Assembly: GCA_017620255.1 (NCBI GenBank)
Contig: JAFZQU010000036.1
Coordinates: 30,009 to 94,008 of the forward strand
Source of the DNA: Lachnospiraceae bacterium
GTDB taxonomy: Bacteria > Bacillota > Clostridia > Lachnospirales > Lachnospiraceae
DNA: 64,000 bases
Direction of reading: 5' to 3'
Within the stretch, counting starts at the first letter, position 1. Every line of letters begins with the position of its first letter. The notes under the pieces were generated by a model, which had not been told where the DNA came from, did not search any database, and worked only from the letters and a program-made list of their open reading frames with translations. Below, piece after piece: positions 57,885 to 64,000 of the stretch. Made by a program: the position numbers and the translations under genes.

Positions 57885-58862
57885 ATGCCACTTAGCAACG
57901 CGCAATATGACGCGATCATGCGTACATATGAAGAGCGACGGAACGCGAACCGTCATATACAGGAAGAGCATAAGGCGGAAGTCTATGATCTGATCCCGTC
58001 TTTTCAGCAACTGGATGCGGATCTCGGAAATATCAGCCTGGAACTCGGGGCAAAACTGATCGGCGGCGATCCTTCAGCCCTTACGGAACTGAAAGAACGG
58101 ACGAAGGAGATCCGGGAAAAGAAGCAGCAACTGCTTGAGGAATACGGTTTTCCGGCGGATTATCTGGAACCGGTCTATACCTGCCCGCTCTGTAAGGACA
58201 GCGGCTATGTGGACGGCGGCAAGTGTTCCTGCCTGAAGCAGGAGATCATCCGCTGCCTCTATGCGCAGTCGAATATAGAGGGCGTCCTGAAAGAAGAGAA
58301 TTTTGACAACCTTTCTTATGAATATTATAATGATTCCGACGTGGAGAAAATGCGTCAGATCGTAGGCGAGTGCAAGTCGTTCGTGGATGATTTTGACAAA
58401 ACGTACGGAAATCTTCTGCTGATCGGTTCGGTCGGCGTGGGCAAGACCTATCTGACGAACTGCATTGCCAAAGAATTACTGGAATCCGGCCATTCCGTCA
58501 TTTATTTTTCCTCTTTTAAGCTGTTTGATCTGCTCGCGAAGTATACGTTCCGTGCGAACGAAACCGATGAGGATATCGAAGCGGTCCATGAGGACATTTT
58601 TTCCTGTGATCTTCTGATCATAGATGATCTGGGGACGGAAATGACCAATTCGTTTGTTGCAGCGCAGCTGTTTGCCATCCTGAATGAACGGAATAACCGC
58701 AAGCGCTCTACGATCATATCTACAAATCTTTCCTTGGAACAGTTGAACGAGAAGTATTCGGAACGGAATTTCTCAAGGATATTCGGGTACTACAGGATGA
58801 TCCGGATCGAGATCGATGATATTAGACTTGCGATGAAACGGATCAAAAACACACGTAACTGA
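57885..58862 (+). CDS. dnaI: helicase loader DnaI (AAA+, DnaC/IstB-like)
   Basis: N-terminal zinc module CPLCKDSGY..GKCSC, Walker A GSVGVGKTYL, Walker B LLIIDDLGTE. Confidence 0.85.
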   Translation: MPLSNAQYDAIMRTYEERRNANRHIQEEHKAEVYDLIPSFQQLDADLGNISLELGAKLIGGDPSALTELKERTKEIREKKQQLLEEYGFPADYLEPVYTCPLCKDSGYVDGGKCSCLKQEIIRCLYAQSNIEGVLKEENFDNLSYEYYNDSDVEKMRQIVGECKSFVDDFDKTYGNLLLIGSVGVGKTYLTNCIAKELLESGHSVIYFSSFKLFDLLAKYTFRANETDEDIEAVHEDIFSCDLLIIDDLGTEMTNSFVAAQLFAILNERNNRKRSTIISTNLSLEQLNEKYSERNFSRIFGYYRMIRIEIDDIRLAMKRIKNTRN

Positions 58863-58876
58863 AAGTGAGGTATGCG

Positions 58877-60067
58877 ATGCCGTCGCTCGAAGAAAAGAGA
58901 AAGCTGGAAACAATTCCCGTCGGAACCCTGCGGATGATCCCCCTGAAGGGATGCAGGGAGCTTGGAGAAAAGATTGACCGTTATCTGATCAAGTGGCGCG
59001 AGGAGCGCGAACACGAACATCAGTCCTCTCTGGCCTTTGCGGGATATCAGCGGGATTCCTACATTATGGATGCCGAGATCTCAAGGTTCGGTACCGGTGA
59101 GGCCAAAGGCGTGATCAAGGAATCCGTCCGGGGAACGGACCTCTACCTTCTCGTGGACGTCAGCAATTACAGCCTGACTTATTCCCTTTGCGGACATGAA
59201 AATCACATGTCCCCTGATGATCATTATCAGGATCTGAAGCGTATCATCGCGGCGGTCGGCGGAAAAGCACGCCGCATCACGGTTATCATGCCGTTTCTGT
59301 ATGAATCCAGGCAACACAAACGAAATACCAGGGAATCACTGGACTGTGCGATCGCACTGCAGGAGCTGGTCTCCATGGGCGTGGATAACATCATCACGTT
59401 TGATGCACACGACGCCAGGGTTCAGAATGCGATCCCTCTGTCCGGATTTGAGACAATTCAGCCCACTTACCAGTTTGTGAAGGGGCTTTTAAGAGATATC
59501 AAGGATATCACGATCGATGCGGACCATATGATGATCATCAGCCCGGATGAGGGCGGTATGGGACGCGCGATCTATATGGCAAACGTGCTCGGTCTGGATA
59601 TCGGCATGTTTTATAAGCGCAGGGACTACACCTGTGTTGTCAACGGAAGGAACCCGATCCTTTCCCATGAGTTCCTCGGCTCGTCCGTTGAGGGCAAGGA
59701 TGTGATCGTGATCGATGATATGATCTCTTCCGGTGACAGCGTACTGGATGTTGCGAGCCAGTTAAAGAAGAGAAAGGCGAAACGGATCTTTGTGGCTTCC
59801 ACTTTCGGTCTTTTTACAAACGGTCTGGATGCGTTTGACAAGGCGTATGAAGAAGGAACGATCCACCGGCTGCTGACGACGAATCTGGTGTACCAGAGTC
59901 CGGAACTGCTTGAGAAACCGTACTATATCAATTGCGACATGAGTAAATATATCGCCTATATCATAGATACGCTCAACCATGATATTTCGATCAGCGATCT
60001 GCTTAATCCGAGTGACAGGATCAGACAGCTGGTAGCGGAATATAAGAAAGAACAACAAAACGGTTAA
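58877..60067 (+). CDS. prs: ribose-phosphate pyrophosphokinase (long, divergent form)
   Basis: ORF 58865..60067, ATG at 58877. FDAHD, ISPDEGG and the PRPP-binding loop VIVIDDMISSGDSV. Confidence 0.8.
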   Translation: MPSLEEKRKLETIPVGTLRMIPLKGCRELGEKIDRYLIKWREEREHEHQSSLAFAGYQRDSYIMDAEISRFGTGEAKGVIKESVRGTDLYLLVDVSNYSLTYSLCGHENHMSPDDHYQDLKRIIAAVGGKARRITVIMPFLYESRQHKRNTRESLDCAIALQELVSMGVDNIITFDAHDARVQNAIPLSGFETIQPTYQFVKGLLRDIKDITIDADHMMIISPDEGGMGRAIYMANVLGLDIGMFYKRRDYTCVVNGRNPILSHEFLGSSVEGKDVIVIDDMISSGDSVLDVASQLKKRKAKRIFVASTFGLFTNGLDAFDKAYEEGTIHRLLTTNLVYQSPELLEKPYYINCDMSKYIAYIIDTLNHDISISDLLNPSDRIRQLVAEYKKEQQNG

Positions 60068-60081
60068 GAAGGGAGTTTATT

Positions 60082-60975
60082 ATGGGAGGTTTTATTTTCG
60101 GACTTGTGATCATTGTTTTAGCGCTGATCCTGATCTTTTCCTGCATCTGCATCGTACCGCAGGCGAGCGCCTGGGTCATTGAATTCTTGGGGCAGTACAG
60201 GGCATCCTGGGAAGCAGGCCTGCATTTTAAGGTCCCGTTTTTCTACAGGGTTGTCAAGAAAGTATCCTTAAAGGAACAGGTGGCGGATTTTGAGCCGCAG
60301 CCCGTTATCACCAAGGATAATGTAACCATGATGGTGGATTCGGTCGTATTCTTTGAGGTCTTTGATCCGAAGCTGTTTTCCTACGGCGTGGAGCGTCCGA
60401 TCGCGGCGATCGAGAATCTGTCGGCGACAACGCTCAGAAATATCATCGGTTCGATGACACTGGATGAGACACTGACGAGCCGTGACAGCATCAACGGACA
60501 GATCACATCCATTCTGGATGAGGCAACGGATAAATGGGGCATCAAAGTCAACCGCGTGGAAGTAAAGAACATCCAGCCGCCCAAGACCATTCAGGACGCG
60601 ATGGAAAAGCAGATGCGTGCAGAGAGAGAAAAGAGAGAAGCGATCCTGACGGCGGAAGGTAAAAAACAGTCCGCGATCACGCTTGCGGAAGGTGAAAAGG
60701 AAGCGGCGATCTTAAGGGCTGACGCAGTCAAGGAGCAGCGCATCAGGGAGGCGGAAGGTGAAGCACAGGCTTTGCTTGCCGTACAGCGTGCACAGGCGGA
60801 AAGTATCCGTCTGATCAATGAAGCGGCGCCTTCGAACCAGTATCTGGCGCTGAAGCAGTATGAAGCGGCTGTCAACATGGCAAACGGACAGGCGACCAAG
60901 ATCATTGTTCCTTCCGACATTTCCAATCTGGCAGGAACGGTCAGTGCCGTGGCGGAATCTGTCCGCAATCAGTAA
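60082..60975 (+). CDS. SPFH/band-7 (stomatin/slipin-like) membrane protein
   Basis: N-terminal TM helix, SPFH core (PVITKDNVTMMVDSVVFF), and a C-terminal EAQA-type coiled coil. Confidence 0.85.
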   Translation: MGGFIFGLVIIVLALILIFSCICIVPQASAWVIEFLGQYRASWEAGLHFKVPFFYRVVKKVSLKEQVADFEPQPVITKDNVTMMVDSVVFFEVFDPKLFSYGVERPIAAIENLSATTLRNIIGSMTLDETLTSRDSINGQITSILDEATDKWGIKVNRVEVKNIQPPKTIQDAMEKQMRAEREKREAILTAEGKKQSAITLAEGEKEAAILRADAVKEQRIREAEGEAQALLAVQRAQAESIRLINEAAPSNQYLALKQYEAAVNMANGQATKIIVPSDISNLAGTVSAVAESVRNQ

Positions 60976-60978
60976 GAT

Positions 60979-61191
60979 ATGGGCGGCGCGATCTTCTCAG
61001 CGGTCATCTATGTAGTGATCGCGGTCTTTGCAATCCGGAAACTCCGTCAGATAAAGGGCGGAAACGCATCGGAGCGTCCGACGCCCGTGCAGCGGCAGCA
61101 GGGGAACCTGACAGCACCGCCTGTACGGACAGGTACGGCGCACAGAAAAGTGAATAACGGTGTCAACACTATTATCATTGTCCAAACTTAA
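60979..61191 (+). CDS. small single-TM membrane protein; 3' end probably altered by element insertion
   Basis: TM helix AIFSAVIYVVIAVFAI followed by a basic/Pro-rich tail. The last ~12 codons lie in the low-GC element flank and overlap the recombinase ORF tail antisense. Confidence 0.4.
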   Translation: MGGAIFSAVIYVVIAVFAIRKLRQIKGGNASERPTPVQRQQGNLTAPPVRTGTAHRKVNNGVNTIIIVQT

Positions 61192-62811
61192 TCTCATGTC
61201 ATGATCGATGATCGGAAGCTTGAATTCTATAGACTTTATCCACTGTCCGTTCGGCTGACGTTCTTCATATACATACACCGCATATAACAGCTTTTCATAG
61301 AACGCCCGTTTCTCGGTTTCGCTCATCTTCTCATATAATTGATCAAAGAATATAAGTGCTTTGTATATGTTTTCGCCGGATATCTTTTCAGCCAGGACCG
61401 ACCTTCGTTTTGCTTTTGCTTCTGTCAGCAACGACTCCATCTCATCCATTTTATCATAGGTCCGGTAGAGCCTGTTTTCCAGATCTGTCTTTCTGCGCTG
61501 ATAATGCTTATCGTCATAGTCAAGCGAATCCAGATCTCTGATGATCGCATCCTTATTGGAATAGCACTGGCGGAGTTGCTTTTCGTAATTGGAAATCTCC
61601 TGGTCGAGTACAGAAGTATCCACTTCCATGTTTATCTTCTGCTTCATCATATTTGCAAACTTCTTATTGCTTACCAGTTTCTTTATGATCTCGGCAACCG
61701 CCTCATCTAGCAGTTCCTCTCTGATCTGTTTTCTGTAATCACATTTATGGCCACGGTTCATATCACGGTGTTTACAGCCATAATAATAAAAGTCCTTATA
61801 CCTGGTTCCGTCTTTTCGGTGTTTTATACATTTATTGGCATACATCCCGGCGCCACATAACGGACACTTCACGATCCCTGTCAAAAGATGCGTTCGCTCG
61901 CCTTTGCCACGATTGACATGCTCATACTTCTTTGCCTGAGCTATGACCTTGATCTGAGCCTGCTCCCATACTTCTTCCGATACAATCCCTTCGTGAAGTC
62001 CGTCTACAAGCAGATAATCCTCCTGTTCTACCAAATGATAATCATTACGGGTTCCTGTCACCTTTTCGGTCTTTCGTCTGCCGTATGCGATCTTTCCACA
62101 GTAGACCGGATTCTTAATTATTCTTCTGATCAGTCCCGCCTCAAACAATGGGTTCTTTCCATTCTGTCTCGGGATCTTATGTATTCCGTGGTTTTCAAGG
62201 TATTTTGAAAGGCCGTTCGCACCGATGTCTGTATTCACATATCTGTCAAATATGACACGTATAGCCTCAGCCTCTTCTTCATTAATATAAAGCTTCCCGT
62301 CTTTCAGCTCGTATCCGTACGGTGCAAATCCTCCGTTCCATCTGCCCTCGCGCGCTTTCTGCATGCGCCCTTCCATAGTCTGAACCCGGATATTCTCACG
62401 CTCGATCTCTGCAACAGCCGAGAGAACAGATATCATCAGTTTTCCGGCATCTTTCGAAGAATCGATCCCATCCTCTACACAGATCAGATTCACATCATAG
62501 TCCTGCATTACTTGAAGTGCCGACAGAACATCTGCAGCGTTACGTCCAAACCTTGACAGTTTGAAAACCAGAACATACGATACCCCATCCTTGCCGGATT
62601 TGATGTCATCCATCATCCTGTTAAATGATGCACGCCCTTCAATCGATTTCCCGGACTTACCGGCATCCTCATATTCCCCGGCAATTTCATAATCGTTATA
62701 CTCGCAAAATGCTTTCATCTTGCTTTTCTGAGCATCAAGCGAATATCCATCTATCTGCATCACTGTGGATACGCGCGTATAAAGATAGACCTTGGTTTTT
62801 TCTTTGCTCAT
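60997..62811 (-). CDS. large serine recombinase (integrase)
   Basis: The ATG at 62811 lies 8 nt after AGGAG. Resolvase catalytic domain VYLYTRVSTVMQ..DGYSLDAQ, a recombinase domain, zinc ribbon CPLCGAGMY..YYYGC and a coiled coil. The last ~45 codons read into host-type DNA. Confidence 0.9.
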   Translation of the reverse strand: MSKEKTKVYLYTRVSTVMQIDGYSLDAQKSKMKAFCEYNDYEIAGEYEDAGKSGKSIEGRASFNRMMDDIKSGKDGVSYVLVFKLSRFGRNAADVLSALQVMQDYDVNLICVEDGIDSSKDAGKLMISVLSAVAEIERENIRVQTMEGRMQKAREGRWNGGFAPYGYELKDGKLYINEEEAEAIRVIFDRYVNTDIGANGLSKYLENHGIHKIPRQNGKNPLFEAGLIRRIIKNPVYCGKIAYGRRKTEKVTGTRNDYHLVEQEDYLLVDGLHEGIVSEEVWEQAQIKVIAQAKKYEHVNRGKGERTHLLTGIVKCPLCGAGMYANKCIKHRKDGTRYKDFYYYGCKHRDMNRGHKCDYRKQIREELLDEAVAEIIKKLVSNKKFANMMKQKINMEVDTSVLDQEISNYEKQLRQCYSNKDAIIRDLDSLDYDDKHYQRRKTDLENRLYRTYDKMDEMESLLTEAKAKRRSVLAEKISGENIYKALIFFDQLYEKMSETEKRAFYEKLLYAVYVYEERQPNGQWIKSIEFKLPIIDHDMRLSLDNDNSVDTVIHFSVRRTCPYRRCCQVPLLPLHGRRTLRCVSALYLTEFPDCKDRDHYIDDR

Positions 62812-62938
62812 TATTACCACTCCTGTGTCTTCAATTACGCCCCAACTTGGGGCATAAATAAAAAATAGTGTATTGACATCGAATCCATTTATATGTTAAA
62901 TTCACTTCAAAGAGAAATGGGTTTTTGCCAAGTAAAGT

Positions 62939-63463
62939 CTATGACTCCAAAGGGTTGCTCGTTTCTTTTTTTATATCTATAACATCGTATAAATACATTT
63001 TCCCGTCATTGTCGTGCCTTATCAACAATGATGCATGAAAAGTATTGTACCGTTCTACATTCCCATCCTCTGAGTATACCGGTAACGCAAATCTTGAATT
63101 ATACCGATACCACCCATACCGCGCACTCCATCGATGCTTCTCGCCCTGGTTTTCCTTGAAATGTTTATCAGTAGCGATCTCTATCAATTCGGGAATCCCC
63201 TGTGCTGCATTAGCCTTTGCTTTTGCGGCCGTTCCTTTTAATCCGTGTGTATATTTTGATCCCGTGTATTCATCCGGCAGTTTATTCCCAATGTAAATAA
63301 TATCTTCTGAAGATGCTATCTGATAAAACTGACCAACATATTCTTCAAGATACGCTTTGACATCGTTCCAATCTACCGAACGCTTTCCCTTAAAACGGAT
63401 ATCATTTATCCGCACAAGTTTCTTGCCGTTGTTATCTGTTATTATTTCAACATTTCTATCCAC
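62939..63463 (-). CDS. hypothetical protein (174 aa) between XRE repressor and recombinase
   Basis: It starts 16 nt after the XRE gene stop on the same strand. There is no HEXXH motif. The C-terminal block ARYGWYRYNSRFALPV..LLIRHDNDGKMYLYDVIDIKKE faintly recalls phage BECR-fold nuclease domains (from memory only). Confidence 0.55.
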   Translation of the reverse strand: MDRNVEIITDNNGKKLVRINDIRFKGKRSVDWNDVKAYLEEYVGQFYQIASSEDIIYIGNKLPDEYTGSKYTHGLKGTAAKAKANAAQGIPELIEIATDKHFKENQGEKHRWSARYGWYRYNSRFALPVYSEDGNVERYNTFHASLLIRHDNDGKMYLYDVIDIKKETSNPLES

Positions 63464-63479
63464 TATTTTTTTCTCCGTT

Positions 63480-63842
63480 CTATAAATCCTCCAACTTTTC
63501 CAGTTTCTTTAGAGTCTGTACGTAAGCCAGCAGTCTTTTCCTCTGACTGTCCTGCATGCCATGAAAATCTTCCAAAAGCTTTTTATCTGATTTATCGATA
63601 TGGAACCAGTCCGTTGACGTTTCGATTTCATCTGCATCATCAATTCCTTTACCCGTCAAAAGCTGTTCCGGTGTTATATCAAGTGCATTACATATATCCA
63701 TGATCTTTTCAGCGGAAGGATTGGTCTTTTTCCTCTTCCAATCACTTATGGCACTGTTTGAGAAGCCTGCTCGTTTGGCAAACTCCATTTGTGTCATCTT
63801 CTTGTTTTTTAAGATTTTAAAAATCCTTTCACTGATAGTCAT
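63480..63842 (-). CDS. XRE-family helix-turn-helix transcriptional regulator
   Basis: ORF 63480..63890. The ATG at 63842 follows AAGGAG. HTH_3 block MTQMEFAKRAGFSNSAISDWKRKKTNPSAEKIMDICNALDITPEQLL. Confidence 0.85.
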   Translation of the reverse strand: MTISERIFKILKNKKMTQMEFAKRAGFSNSAISDWKRKKTNPSAEKIMDICNALDITPEQLLTGKGIDDADEIETSTDWFHIDKSDKKLLEDFHGMQDSQRKRLLAYVQTLKKLEKLEDL

Positions 63843-63896
63843 GGCATACTCCTTTATATCCGTCTTTGCGATATCAGTAATTACGCTCATGCGAAA

Positions 63897-63925
63897 ATCT
63901 TATCATATGTTGATTTCGATTTCAA
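63897..63925 (-). promoter_or_regulatory. sigma-A-type promoter for the XRE operon
   Basis: Minus-strand reading gives TTGAAA (63925..63920), 17-nt spacer containing direct repeat GAAATCGAAATC, TAAGAT (63902..63897). Confidence 0.4.
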
Positions 63926-64000
63926 TGGATTTTCTTTCTTAATGCATCCGGATCAAGATCTTTTCATTTCATACTCCAGATCTATTCTCCCTTTCATTGT

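Larger units (their letters stand above)
61150..64000. mobile_element. left end of an integrated element (prophage/ICE-like), truncated by the window edge
   Basis: G+C drops abruptly by eye near 61150..61200. The region holds a large serine recombinase adjacent to the junction, an XRE repressor and an unknown gene, all on the minus strand. The boundary coordinate is approximate. Confidence 0.7.

Overview
The window looks like a core chromosomal segment of a spore-forming Firmicute of the Clostridia type. Supporting genes are spoVG, mecA, a SleB-like hydrolase, a YaaH-like GH18, dnaD/dnaI, and the rpsF-ssb-rpsR and gdpP-rplI-dnaB syntenies. The segment is densely coding, and positions 1 to about 32200 are almost entirely on the + strand. 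In order, the content is: an amino-acid binding lipoprotein, a Cache-GGDEF cyclase and a ZnuA-like binding protein; a run of unknown lipoproteins; a zinc-ribbon protein with Pro/Gln repeats; an AIM24-family protein; an AmmeMemoRadiSam pair apparently co-transcribed with pseudouridine kinase/glycosidase genes; the oppBCDFA operon; plsY; a membrane-anchored trigger-factor-like PPIase; a four-gene cassette (AAC(3)-like/aminopeptidase-like fusion, ACP, MaoC hotdog, sirtuin); rpsF-ssb-rpsR; an acyl-CoA synthetase; gdpP-rplI-dnaB; a small ferredoxin absent from the ORF track; mecA; a GH18; tsaC-rpiB-upp-dCMP deaminase; a SleB-like hydrolase; the complete F1Fo atp operon, whose c subunit carries a Na+-type signature; an 839-aa unknown protein; an M29 aminopeptidase; queT behind a preQ1-I riboswitch; spoVG; glgDC; murC; a DnaA-box cluster upstream of dnaD-like/dnaI; prs; and an SPFH protein. 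From about 61150 to the window edge lies the left end of an integrated element with visibly lower G+C, carrying a large serine recombinase, an unknown 174-aa protein and an XRE repressor. I found no rRNA, tRNA or CRISPR array by eye. The best candidates for something undescribed are all hypotheses: (1) the translationally coupled AAC(3)-like/ACP/MaoC/sirtuin cassette at 21842..25366, (2) the linkage of AmmeMemoRadiSam to a nucleotidyltransferase-PsuK fusion and PsuG at 8897..13639, and (3) the XRE + unknown-protein module beside the recombinase. Product calls rest on motifs I could read in the translations. No database search was run.
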